Assembly (NCBI GenBank): GCA_963713855.1
Contig: OY970209.1
Span: 1,344,001-1,408,000, forward strand
Length of the DNA: 64,000 nt
Direction: 5' to 3'
DNA from: an uncultured bacterium
GTDB lineage: Bacteria > Babelota > Babeliae > Babelales > Babelaceae
Positions 1-9,681 of the stretch are shown one piece after another; position 1 is the first letter of the stretch, and the number at the start of each line of letters is the position of its first letter. A model generated the notes under the pieces. It did not search any database. It had not been told where the DNA came from and worked only from the letters and a program-made list of their open reading frames with translations. A program made the position numbers and the translations under genes.

Positions 1-1
1 A

Positions 2-112
2 TCAATCGAACATACGGACTCTCAAAAAATATCCACCAACAGCAACTGCAATAACGGTATCTGCACGACTACGTTGTGCATAGGCGACAACTGCTCAATT
101 GTAAGCCCTTAA
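2..112 (+). CDS. 3' end of a Cys-rich hypothetical protein (partial, begins before the window)
   Basis: Frame 2 is open from the window edge: SIEHTDSQKISTNSNCNNGICTTTLCIGDNCSIVSP, ending in TAA at 110-112. Confidence 0.35.
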   Translation, partial: SIEHTDSQKISTNSNCNNGICTTTLCIGDNCSIVSP

Positions 113-306
113 TGAGCACTGGCATAGCCTTAACCATTGTCAGACGAGTATTATAAGCCGTCGTAAGCCATTTTTTAAATATTCATGCAAAATAGCCTTA
201 CCAGTCGATTTAATCATCTTTTTTATCGTAAACCATTGCTTTATTGTTATTTCAGTTGTTAATTTATATAACTAGAGATTTAAAAAATAAATAAGATAGA
301 TAAAAA

Positions 307-759
307 ATGAAGAAACTATGTAGCTTAATTTTTTGTATCGGGCTTATTGTTCTCGTGTTTTGCGCCAACAGCCAGCGCATGCGGGGCAAAAAAAGTCACT
401 TTACACATAATCAAAGACACAATCGATGGCAAACGAAAACCAGATCCCCATACGGCAGTTCGTATTCAGGCTATGATAGGCATTTTTATTCACGAGATTT
501 TTTAGATAGTTTTCCTAAAAACCATTCCAGAAGACATTTCCGTTCTGGACGCTCATTTTCGCGAGCCAATCACGGTTTTCGAGAAAGGTGTGATTACTAT
601 AACTTTGGAGGATTAGACTTGGGCGGCGATGCGTGGGGATGGGGCTGGTGGTCGCCGGTAGCTCCCTACGGAGCCATTGGTGTCGGAGTTGGCTATCAAA
701 AAGGTCAAAGAGCCACGCCTTACACATGGGGTGGTGTTGGCTACGTGCCACTTTATTAG
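307..759 (+). CDS. Secreted hypothetical protein, Arg/His-rich middle and Gly/Trp/Tyr-rich C-terminus
   Basis: Signal-like N-terminus MKKLCSLIFCIGLIVLVFCA, low-complexity composition, AT-rich upstream region. Confidence 0.7.
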   Translation: MKKLCSLIFCIGLIVLVFCANSQRMRGKKSHFTHNQRHNRWQTKTRSPYGSSYSGYDRHFYSRDFLDSFPKNHSRRHFRSGRSFSRANHGFRERCDYYNFGGLDLGGDAWGWGWWSPVAPYGAIGVGVGYQKGQRATPYTWGGVGYVPLY

Positions 760-761
760 CT

Positions 762-1997
762 TTAGCGCATAAAAAAATAAACGAGTAAAAGGTTAGCAGC
801 AACAATCGTTATTGCAGAAAAATACGCGCTTATGGTGACAACGCTACTGTTTACAAAGCGACCCATAATGAGAGGACTACTGGTAAAACGTATAAGGGGA
901 AAGATTGCAAAAGGAAGCTGCAAGCTTAAAACAACCTGGCTAAAAAGCATAAGCGGCGATATGCAGCATTCTCCAAAGATAAGTATGCCTAAAAGTGCCG
1001 GTACAATGGTAATGACACGTCCTATAAGTCTTCGAAGCCAAGCCGGCAACGTAAAACGAGTAAATCCTTCAAGGATGATCTGACCGGCCAACGTGCCCGT
1101 TAAGGTTGAGTTCTGACCAGATATAAGAAGGGCTAGAGCAAAGACAAAACTTGCAAGCTGAGTATGTAATAGCGGCGTAAAAAGGTAATAAGCATCTTGA
1201 ATTTCAGTAACTTGATAAAGTCCGTTCTTAAAAAAAAGAGCTGCAGCAACAATTAAAATGGCCGCATTAACAAAAAATGCAAACGTAAGAGCAACAGCAA
1301 GATCAAGGGCTGAGTAGAAAATAGCTTCATTTTTTTTCTTTTCATCGACAGAGCCTACAAGCGCTGAGTGTAGGTAAAGGTTATGCGGCATAACCGTTGC
1401 TCCTAAAATGCCAATCGCCACATACAACAGTTGAGGATCTTTAAGAATCTCAAACTTTGGTACAAATCCAGCCACGACCGCTGACAAAGAGGGCTGTACC
1501 AGATATATGATTATGCCAAAGCATCCAATGACTACGGCAATCAGAGCAGTAACAAGAGCCTGAACGTGACGAGCATAACGTTGGGCAAAAAAGAGAAGTA
1601 AAAGGACGTCAAAGACCGTAAGGGCTATACCCCATGGTAGCGGGATTCCAAAAAGAAGCTTCAATCCTATTGCTGAACCGATAACTTCGGCTAAATCTGT
1701 TGCAATGACTGCAATTTCAGCAAGAAGCCACAAAACTCTTGCAACAGCGGGCCGATAGTAGTCTCTGCAAGCACGGGCCAAGTCTTTGTTTGTTACGATG
1801 CCCAATTTTAATGAACAATACTGCAAAAGCAGCGCAATAAAATTTGAGATCAAAATGACCGAAAGTAGCACGTAGCCATAACGTGAACCACCAGCAAGTC
1901 CCGTTACCCAATTTCCTGGATCCATATAACCGACTGCAACAAGATAGCCAGGCCCTGCAAATGATAAAAAACGTTTAAAATAGCTTATGTAAGTCAT
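762..1997 (-). CDS. mntH: Nramp family Mn2+/Fe2+ transporter
   Basis: GYMDPGNW and GATVMPHNLYLHS Nramp signatures, about 11 TM segments; ATG at 1997. Confidence 0.95.
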   Translation of the reverse strand: MTYISYFKRFLSFAGPGYLVAVGYMDPGNWVTGLAGGSRYGYVLLSVILISNFIALLLQYCSLKLGIVTNKDLARACRDYYRPAVARVLWLLAEIAVIATDLAEVIGSAIGLKLLFGIPLPWGIALTVFDVLLLLFFAQRYARHVQALVTALIAVVIGCFGIIIYLVQPSLSAVVAGFVPKFEILKDPQLLYVAIGILGATVMPHNLYLHSALVGSVDEKKKNEAIFYSALDLAVALTFAFFVNAAILIVAAALFFKNGLYQVTEIQDAYYLFTPLLHTQLASFVFALALLISGQNSTLTGTLAGQIILEGFTRFTLPAWLRRLIGRVITIVPALLGILIFGECCISPLMLFSQVVLSLQLPFAIFPLIRFTSSPLIMGRFVNSSVVTISAYFSAITIVAANLLLVYFFMR

Positions 1998-2155
1998 CAA
2001 GAGCTGAAGCCTTTATGAATGAGTTATTTGTATCAAAACATATCCAAAGCCGACTTTAACTAAAAGCAGGTCAGATGTAGCCAATGTATTTGAGTGTACC
2101 GAAGTACGACAAAAAAGTCCCTATAGAAGCTCAAATAAGCTGCAAATAGTCGGCT

Positions 2156-3544
2156 TTATTTTTTAAATGCTATGAGTTTGCTTGAGCAAAGTTCTCGAAA
2201 ACCCTGCCTTCCATGCTCACGCCCTAGACCAGAATTTTTATAACCACCAAATGGGTCTTGAGCTTCCATATAATAAGCATTATTGACGCCGATGTTTCCT
2301 GTCTCGAGCCTACTACTTATACTAAAAGCGCGTTCTCTGCTTTGCGTGTATATATAGCCTCCTAAGCCGTACTGCGTATCATTTGCTAATGCAACAGCCT
2401 CATCATCAGTATCGAAAGGCACAACAGGCAATACAGGCCCAAACACCTCTTCCTTCCATACGCGCATGTCAAACGTAATATGTGTAAGGATAGTCGGCTC
2501 ATAGTAAGCACCCAATAGCCCTGAAGGCCGTTTTCCACCTAACACTATTTTTGCACCATGTTCAACGGCATCAGCAACTTGTTGTTCAATAGTAGCTAAC
2601 TGACGTTCAGCAACCAGCGGCCCCAAATCTGTCTTTGGGTCTTGAGGATCACCCATTTTTTTAGTTGCAATGTATTTTTTAAGCCTTTCAATAACCTCAT
2701 CAAAAAGCTTACGGTGCACGATAAGACGCTTAAGCCCGTCGCATGTTTGGCCACAATTGGCATAACGGTTAAAGTAAATTGACTCAATCGCGGTATCTAA
2801 ATCAGCATCATCAAATACAATGCCAGGCGCAGAGCCACCAAGCTCGAGGATGGCCGGTATAAATTTTTTTGCAGCAATCTGATAAAGGTGCTTTCCGACG
2901 CCGGTACTTCCGGTAAAATGCATAAGATCTATGTGACTGTTCATAAGATATTCACCAACATCAGATCCGTCACCGTAGACTTCGTTAAAAACGCCTTCAG
3001 GTAGGTTTACAGATAGTACTATTTCCTCAAGAAGCTTTCCGGTAAGCGGACACTCCTCAGAGTGCTTAAAGACCACAGTATTACCCACAATTAGATGCTG
3101 CATTACTTGCCAAATGAAGTTGCAAAAGGGGAAATTCCACGGAATACTTATCCCTGCAACACCTTTCGGTTCAAAAAAAAGGTAATGAATTTCTTTCTCA
3201 TTTTCAAAAGCAATCTCTGGAGAAAGCCACTTTTCAGCGTTGTCTAAATAACCTCTCAAGTAATGTAACCCAAAGCCAATATCAACTTCGTCGCTCACCG
3301 TAATAGGCATGCCCATTTCCTTAGATGCCAGAAGCCGTATATCGTTTTTTCTTTTAAAAAACGCCTTATACACTTCTTCTAAAAGAGCGAGCCTTTCTTT
3401 AAGAGTTACTTTTGACCATATTTTAAACGCCTTGTGCGCCTTAGAAACAATAGCGTCTATCTGAGTATGTGGAGTAATAGGTATTTGGCCGATAACTTCG
3501 TAATTTCTAGCAGGATTTACAGAGATTATGTTCTGTAACTTCAT
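2156..3544 (-). CDS. NAD(P)-dependent aldehyde dehydrogenase
   Basis: PWNFP, FTGSTGVG, LELGGSAP, catalytic Cys in GQTC, EEVFGPV, PFGGYKNSGLGRE. Confidence 0.95.
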   Translation of the reverse strand: MKLQNIISVNPARNYEVIGQIPITPHTQIDAIVSKAHKAFKIWSKVTLKERLALLEEVYKAFFKRKNDIRLLASKEMGMPITVSDEVDIGFGLHYLRGYLDNAEKWLSPEIAFENEKEIHYLFFEPKGVAGISIPWNFPFCNFIWQVMQHLIVGNTVVFKHSEECPLTGKLLEEIVLSVNLPEGVFNEVYGDGSDVGEYLMNSHIDLMHFTGSTGVGKHLYQIAAKKFIPAILELGGSAPGIVFDDADLDTAIESIYFNRYANCGQTCDGLKRLIVHRKLFDEVIERLKKYIATKKMGDPQDPKTDLGPLVAERQLATIEQQVADAVEHGAKIVLGGKRPSGLLGAYYEPTILTHITFDMRVWKEEVFGPVLPVVPFDTDDEAVALANDTQYGLGGYIYTQSRERAFSISSRLETGNIGVNNAYYMEAQDPFGGYKNSGLGREHGRQGFRELCSSKLIAFKK

Positions 3545-3854
3545 AATGCTCCTAACAGTTAGCTACAAAACAATAACTGAGATAATAGAATTTTTGCAAG
3601 ATACCTTGAAATTGCTTATGTAAGAGTCTTTTAGAAGTAAGCGAAAAATCTCCCTGCTTGCTCAGCTTCTGGAGTTTTTAGCCGCGATATCAGTTAACAA
3701 AAAATTGGCGATAGTAGCAAAGATAGCTCTTTCATTTTCTCAATAAGTCAATTTCTCTGACTTTTAAGCTTTTTGCAAAGCCCATTACATTAATTTTCAG
3801 TATAATTTAATCTTTGGTCTAGAAAGAGGTTTGGCTTAATTTAGTGAAAGGAGA

Positions 3855-4775
3855 GTGATGAACATTTTTTCTATCGTGATACTTGCTGGATGCTTATCAA
3901 CGGGAATAGGCTTTTGTATGGAAAAGTCAAGAGATTTGGATTGGGTTGGTACAGAAGAGGCTGATGAAGTCGTTCAAGAAAGAGTGGGAGCTATTATTGA
4001 GCTTTACAAAAGACTTGGTCTTTTGAACCCTCAAATAATTGTTCGGGCTCTCTATGTATCTCGCGAATTACTTGAAAGGCAGACTGAACGTGGAACTCAT
4101 TCTTGGAACAATGCTTTCAATTTTGGAAATAAGATCTGGGTTGACCGCCATTATGAAGAACTTTCTTTATTGGCTCGGGATTCACTCTTAGGCCATGAAA
4201 TAGCGCACATTATTTTAAACAATCCAAATAATAATTGGCTTAACCCACATGTATGGGCCTGGTATGCTTCTTTTGCATCTCTAGTATCGGGTTCAGTTTT
4301 TTCAAACCTTGCAATAGGTAGGGTGAACGCTCCTTTAACTGTGCTTGAGTGGTTACGGCAAAAATTACATCGAGCAGAAGCTCCTCCATTTCAAAATAAG
4401 CAATTAGCACGCACACCCCAACATAAAAGAATGCATCGCTTGGGATTATTAAGCGCCGGCATCGCGGCCACGTCCTACTATTTTCTTTATTTTTTAAGCA
4501 CCAGTATGTACAGGTCGCCCTCAGGATATCGATTTGATTCGGTGCAGTTTTTAGAGGAAATGGTATGTGATTGTATAGCGGCTTTTGTGCTTCCTAATGG
4601 AGGACAAGGTGGAGTTGAACTTTATACACAATCACTTGAGCATAACGGCAATCAAAATGGCAGGGGCAGACACCCATACACTTCAACGCGTATTGCTTAT
4701 CATAAGTTAATAGCTTGGTTGCAATCTTTGATGAAACATAAGCCAAATACTGATGATGGTGAAAAGGAGAGCTAG
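3855..4775 (+). CDS. Secreted/membrane M48-like zinc metallopeptidase
   Basis: Signal peptide, HEIAH (HExxH), downstream EMVCD and HPYTSTRI matching the M48 ExxAD and HPxxxxRI motifs. Confidence 0.7.
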   Translation: MMNIFSIVILAGCLSTGIGFCMEKSRDLDWVGTEEADEVVQERVGAIIELYKRLGLLNPQIIVRALYVSRELLERQTERGTHSWNNAFNFGNKIWVDRHYEELSLLARDSLLGHEIAHIILNNPNNNWLNPHVWAWYASFASLVSGSVFSNLAIGRVNAPLTVLEWLRQKLHRAEAPPFQNKQLARTPQHKRMHRLGLLSAGIAATSYYFLYFLSTSMYRSPSGYRFDSVQFLEEMVCDCIAAFVLPNGGQGGVELYTQSLEHNGNQNGRGRHPYTSTRIAYHKLIAWLQSLMKHKPNTDDGEKES

Positions 4776-4904
4776 CTTGGCACGAGACCTGGAGCTTAAG
4801 CATAAAACCGACATAATTACCTTTGAACTCTCAATCAATCACTTTTGTTTGCAATGCATTTTGTTGTAGCGGTGCTAGTTTGCTTTTCTATATGAATAAG
4901 CACG

Positions 4905-5150
4905 CTATCTTGAGTAATGTGCCACCATTGTATCAAGCCCATATGCTTTGGGAAATCCGCCCCTGAGCCATAATTTAGTGCTTTCTTTAGTTTCCCATAA
5001 TGAAAAAGGAGGCAATTCCATATAGCCTACGCGGCCGGTAAGTGATTCAGATGATTGACCAATCAGTTCTCTCGAGGCGCTGCCAAGAATCAGAAAAAGA
5101 CGCTTTTTCTTAAACTTATCCGCAAGGACGCGCAATATGGGAAAAAGCTT
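4905..5150 (-). pseudogene. Internal fragment of an AAA_14/DUF4143 ATP-binding protein
   Basis: LFPILRVLAD..FLILGSAS..SESLTGR..LWLRGGFP is the central part of this family; Walker A/B and the nuclease C-terminus are absent. Confidence 0.8.
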
Positions 5151-5231
5151 AAGTTCGATTTTACAAGGAAATATTTGTTTTCAAGATTATGGGATTAAAC
5201 CCAACCTCCGCCAGCTCTAATGCTCGCCTAG

Positions 5232-6569
5232 TTATAGCAGGCAATATTTGCTCATGTGATTATGTTCGAGCACTTTGGCTACCGCATATAAGGGGTAGGT
5301 GAACAATTTACCCGCTTGAGCATAATTTTGTGGAGCAAGCTTGATGCCGTAAGGCGAATGCGGATGGGATTCTAAAAAGAGTTTCATACTTTGCAAAGCA
5401 CTTCCTGTGCCGCTTTTTACCTCAACTGGTATAACATTTTGATCTCTTTGCACCAAATAATCAACTTCGGCACTACTTCCTCTTGCTTCTCTCTGCCAGT
5501 AATACAGATCTCGCTCTCTAAAAGGGTTTGTATAAGCAAGAAGCTCCTGTCCCACAAAAGCTTCTATAAGTTCACCTTTATTAACGAATTGAGTTAGTGG
5601 ATTAACAAGCCATTGTCCGAGATCAACTTTCAGTACTATTTGACTGAGAGCGATATCTAAGAACAGTGCTTTAAAATTCTTATCACTTGCTTGAGCACCT
5701 AAAGGGACGCCCTGGCCATTACTTTCAATAACCCTCGTTACTATACCTGCTTTGTTAAGCAAAGAAAACGCCGGTTCGAGCTCTCTCTTTTTATAATCTT
5801 CACCTACTTCCGAATATTTAAATTTCCTGCCTAACCGTTTAGGTATATAATCGAATAAGATCTCTAAATACTTAATCTGTGATTTTTTAGCATACTTATC
5901 AAAATCTTTTCTATAGGTGTTACTTATGCTTGTTAGTAAACGTGCACATCCGCCTATATCTTTTGCATCACGCCAATATTTTACGACTGCTGGCATGCCT
6001 CCAATCGCAAGGTATTCCCCAAGGAGTGATAAACCCATTTGGTGAGTTGACTCGCTCATAGGCTTTGTAAAATCGTGCTGTAGAATAGCTTTTGCAAGCA
6101 ATTCATTTTTGAGAGCGTACAAAAATTCAATAAAAGAAAGCGGATACATATAAAGCCATTCAACACGACCAACTGGCACGCCAATTTTACTAATCTGAAA
6201 ATCCATGAGAGAGCCTGCGGCAATAACGTGAAGCTCTGGCATGAGTTCGTAAAAATAACGGAGTGACTTAAAAGCTTTTTCTGATTCTTGAATCTCATCA
6301 AAAAATAACAAAGTATTACCGGGAATAATAGGCTGCCCCAGCAATATACCAAGATCCCTAATTATTCTATCAGGCCGAAGATCGTGCTCAAATACGGCCA
6401 AAAAGCGCGGATCGCTCTCAAAATTAATCTCAACAAAATTATCAAATGATTTGCCCAGCTCTACGGCCGCATACGTTTTGCCTACCTGCCGAGCGCCTCG
6501 AATCAGTAAAGGCATACGGAGCTTGCTGTCTTTCCACTCAAGAAGATACTTATCAATGGATCGTTTCAC
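5232..6569 (-). CDS. AAA+ ATPase (AAA_14) with DUF4143 / C-terminal PD-(D/E)xK nuclease-like domain
   Basis: Walker A GARQVGKT, Walker B LLFFDEIQ, GGMP, C-terminal AEVDYL..PVEVKSG. Confidence 0.92.
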   Translation of the reverse strand: MKRSIDKYLLEWKDSKLRMPLLIRGARQVGKTYAAVELGKSFDNFVEINFESDPRFLAVFEHDLRPDRIIRDLGILLGQPIIPGNTLLFFDEIQESEKAFKSLRYFYELMPELHVIAAGSLMDFQISKIGVPVGRVEWLYMYPLSFIEFLYALKNELLAKAILQHDFTKPMSESTHQMGLSLLGEYLAIGGMPAVVKYWRDAKDIGGCARLLTSISNTYRKDFDKYAKKSQIKYLEILFDYIPKRLGRKFKYSEVGEDYKKRELEPAFSLLNKAGIVTRVIESNGQGVPLGAQASDKNFKALFLDIALSQIVLKVDLGQWLVNPLTQFVNKGELIEAFVGQELLAYTNPFRERDLYYWQREARGSSAEVDYLVQRDQNVIPVEVKSGTGSALQSMKLFLESHPHSPYGIKLAPQNYAQAGKLFTYPLYAVAKVLEHNHMSKYCLL

Positions 6570-6584
6570 CTTTTTCCCTCAACA

Positions 6585-6666
6585 TTTGTTCAAAATTCAA
6601 CCCTATCATAGGTCATTTTTGTTCAAAATTCAAGGCTATAAAGTTTCCTTTTTGTTTGAAAATCAA
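6585..6666. repeat. Three 16-bp direct repeats with exact 33-bp period upstream of the DUF4143 ATPase
   Basis: TTTGTTCAAAATTCAA at 6585 and 6618; TTTGTTTGAAAATCAA at 6651. Confidence 0.85.
6605..6633 (-). promoter_or_regulatory. Putative sigma70 promoter of the DUF4143 ATPase, overlapping the repeats
   Basis: Minus strand TTGAAT-17 nt-TATGAT. Confidence 0.55.
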
Positions 6667-7151
6667 GGCAGCGCCCAACGATTTCAAATCAACTGCTTCA
6701 TATCGAGTACACGTGCATCTGGGTTCTTAGCAGAGTTTCATAGGGCGCGATTGGTTTATTCATTTTGCGAATAATTCGATAAAGTCGCGAATAAGTCTCC
6801 ATTACTCGCTCACTTTCACAGTTTTATCTCGAACTACGTGCTCCAGATTCGTGACCGTAAGCTCGGCTTTCTGTTCTTCCTGAACAACTGGCGGTACAGT
6901 AAGGCCTGCTGATGCGCTATTACACCGTGATCAACGAAAACGATAATAGCGCGAATGGTTGCACAGCAAATACGAAAAACTAGTACCGATACTAACACAG
7001 TGATGAGCGATCTTGATACCAATGGCCCTCAAAAAAGCGTAGCATTGCGTGTCACATGACTTGGCGAATAACTAATACGCAGTATTTTTAGACTACTTGG
7101 CAAAATCAAGCTAAGCTAGTATCATCAAACTTTTTAATCGAAAAACTGTTT

Positions 7152-8315
7152 ATGAGGAAAAAACTACACCTCCTGTGCGAATTTTCTATACCTCTTATTG
7201 CTGGGGTTATAAGCGCGCTTTTATGGGCTAATATTGACCCTCAAAGTTACTATTGGTTCAATCATGCACAATGTTTCGGTCCAATAAGCTTTCACTTTAT
7301 CACAAATGATATTTTTATGGTTTTCTTCTTTGCCATCGCGGCAGTTGAAATAACCTTGAGCTGTCTTCCAGGCGGCGACTTAAACCCAATAAGTAAAGCG
7401 ATTAATCCCCTTCTTGCAACAATCGGTGGGGTCTTAGGACCTGTGACTGTGTACACACTTTCCAACATCGCGCTAGGATCTGCGTCATTGGCTAACGGCT
7501 GGGGAATTCCAACAGCGACCGATATCGCATTCTCTTGGCTAGCAGCACGCCTCATTTTTGGAAAAAATCACCCAGCTATCTCCTTCTTGCTTTTACTGGC
7601 TATTGCTGATGATGCGATTGGCCTTGGCATTATAGCTTTCTTTTACCCTAACCCTTACCTTCCTGTTGCGCCACTGTGGCTTCTGCTTACAGGCGTTGGC
7701 ATACTCATAGCTTACGCTCTACGGCTTAAAAACGTACAAACATATTGGCCATATATTTTGTTTGGAGGTACTGCGAGCTGGCTTGGGCTTTTTAAAGCAC
7801 ATCTGCATCCGGCTCTCGCTCTCGTTCTTATTGTCCCTTTTCTACCCCATACTAGTAAAACGACCACTCACTTGTTTGAAGAAGGCAAGCGTCCTTCAGC
7901 GCTTGCTAGTTTCATTGATGATTGGAAAGTAATCGTGGATGCAGGACTTTTTATGTTCGGTCTTGCAAACGCCGGAATCCAATTATCGGCTTTTGGCACA
8001 GCAACATGGCTCGTACTCGGCTCTCTCATTATAGGAAAAACAGTGGGCATTTTCATCTTCAGCTTCCTTAGCGATGCGATCGGCTTTTCCCTTCCCAAAG
8101 GAATGAACAAAAAACATCTTCTTGTTAGCGCTGTGCTTGCAGGAATAGGGTTTACGGTAGCGATATTTATCGCTGGAGAGGCTTTTTCAGATCCCGAAAT
8201 CCAAGGGGCTGCCAAAATGGGGGCAATGCTCAGTGTCCTCGCGCTTCCTCTGGCTTTGTTCCTGGCACAAACCTTAGGCGTTAAAAAACGTTCACGGGAG
8301 AATCTCTCATTTTGA
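7152..8315 (+). CDS. nhaA: Na+/H+ antiporter NhaA family
   Basis: NDIFMVFFF, GWGIPTATDIAF, LAIADD, GIGFTVAIFIA. Confidence 0.93.
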   Translation: MRKKLHLLCEFSIPLIAGVISALLWANIDPQSYYWFNHAQCFGPISFHFITNDIFMVFFFAIAAVEITLSCLPGGDLNPISKAINPLLATIGGVLGPVTVYTLSNIALGSASLANGWGIPTATDIAFSWLAARLIFGKNHPAISFLLLLAIADDAIGLGIIAFFYPNPYLPVAPLWLLLTGVGILIAYALRLKNVQTYWPYILFGGTASWLGLFKAHLHPALALVLIVPFLPHTSKTTTHLFEEGKRPSALASFIDDWKVIVDAGLFMFGLANAGIQLSAFGTATWLVLGSLIIGKTVGIFIFSFLSDAIGFSLPKGMNKKHLLVSAVLAGIGFTVAIFIAGEAFSDPEIQGAAKMGAMLSVLALPLALFLAQTLGVKKRSRENLSF

Positions 8316-8407
8316 AAAAACTAAGTCACAAGTAAATATTTCAAATTGACATTTTCATCTATGATTGTTACGTTTTATATGTCACATTAGTTTCTCTCGG
8401 AATAAAA

Positions 8408-9502
8408 ATGCAGGGGCCTATGACGATTATAAGAAAGACACTTTTAGTGCTGCTTGGCCTTCATTTGATAGGGTCCGGAGCTGCTTTTAGTAACACCGCA
8501 GATGAAAACACATCTGACAAGATACGTCCATATGTAGCACTGTTGTTTCCGACTGCTGAAAGTGGATTTTTTGATCTTGTTATTGTACACGTTTTAGGGC
8601 TTCAAAATTTTCAAGCACTTTCATTAGATGAAGAGGTTTCCCATACAAAATTACTGTCTGCTACCGGTAACACGCTCCTTCAGGGAGCTTATGTTATTCC
8701 TGTCATAAATGTTTTGCAGGAATGGGAAGTCGCATTTATGAAGATGATTAAAGAAAATACTCAAGTAAAGCGTGAATACTTAAGTTCCCTCGCATCTATT
8801 GCTTCGGCAGTATCAACAGCACTCACTTTTCATATGCATTACGATGCCCAAATCGCTGGAGTTAAGTCTTTTAAAGGCAAATACATTCCTCTTGCACAAA
8901 TTACCGCGTTAAGTGGCCTAGAAACGCTTGGGTTTCATGCAGCTTTTTCTTTCGGCGCAGCGGCCATTGATAAAGGTCTTGATACTTTACATTCAACAAC
9001 GTCGGATGCAATCGATAAGGTAATGAAACTCGTTCCCGGACAAAAAACTTTTCTCTTAGATCTTATTGTCTGCCACGCATTAGCACACAAAAATTATGAT
9101 GCAGCGGGCCTGGATAAAAAACCGAGCATCGTTAAAGTCGCAAAGGCCTTTGGCACTACGCTAGCTGAGGGCGGTTTTTTAATGTTTACCATATTAAACG
9201 GTGCTCTAAAAATCGAAGACTACTTTAATAAAGCGATGGATCAAGCTCTGGTAATAAAGCGAGATTATGTCGATGCTCTGGTGCATTTAGCGACCGATAT
9301 TTCTTTAGCATTAGCATTTCACATGCATTATGAAAACTCTTTTAATTCTTTATCAAGTGATTCCATGACAAAAACGTATACAAAGCTGGCAAGCATCGTT
9401 GCAAAAACAACGGCTGAAGGCGCTGGTTTTTATGTAGTATTTCGCCTTTTGGGTGCGGGACTTGATAAAAGCTTTGACACTATTAATAGCTACCTTGGGT
9501 AG
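8408..9502 (+). CDS. Hypothetical secreted/membrane protein built from an internal tandem duplication
   Basis: Signal-like N-terminus; duplicated blocks FHMHYD/FHMHYE, KREY/KRDY, IDKGLDTL/LDKSFDTI. Confidence 0.8.
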   Translation: MQGPMTIIRKTLLVLLGLHLIGSGAAFSNTADENTSDKIRPYVALLFPTAESGFFDLVIVHVLGLQNFQALSLDEEVSHTKLLSATGNTLLQGAYVIPVINVLQEWEVAFMKMIKENTQVKREYLSSLASIASAVSTALTFHMHYDAQIAGVKSFKGKYIPLAQITALSGLETLGFHAAFSFGAAAIDKGLDTLHSTTSDAIDKVMKLVPGQKTFLLDLIVCHALAHKNYDAAGLDKKPSIVKVAKAFGTTLAEGGFLMFTILNGALKIEDYFNKAMDQALVIKRDYVDALVHLATDISLALAFHMHYENSFNSLSSDSMTKTYTKLASIVAKTTAEGAGFYVVFRLLGAGLDKSFDTINSYLG

Positions 9503-9510
9503 AATGTGCC

Positions 9511-9681
9511 CTCGCTTCAGCATCTAAAGGTAAAAGTGGTGGCTTTAGGGTATGTTATTTTTATCATCAAAATAGCAGTACCATTTACTTACTAGTTATA
9601 TTTCCCAAAAATGTTAAAGAAAATTTAACGAGTGATGATACAAGTCAAATAAAACAGATAATTAATGCGCTTAAAAATTAA
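9511..9681 (+). pseudogene. higB: 5'-truncated HigB/RelE-family toxin (C-terminal half only)
   Basis: Manual translation LASASKGKSGGFRVCYFYHQNSSTIYLLVIFPKNVKENLT...KN*; no in-frame start (TAG at 9487); stop abuts the antitoxin ATG. Confidence 0.85.

Noticed and set aside
2046..2157. M-box (ykoK), yybP-ykoY, SRP RNA or attC identity for the structured element
   Set aside because: Only a short UGAGCUUCUAUAGGGAC resemblance to the M-box 5' part; the other M-box motifs, the SRP GGAA loop and the attC RYYYAAC/GTTRRRY boxes are missing
6585..6666. Mini CRISPR array
   Set aside because: The repeat is 16 bp and the spacers 17 bp, both too short; spacers resemble each other; no cas genes are present
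6834..7060. Short ORFs upstream of nhaA
   Set aside because: No RBS, motif or family resemblance on either strand
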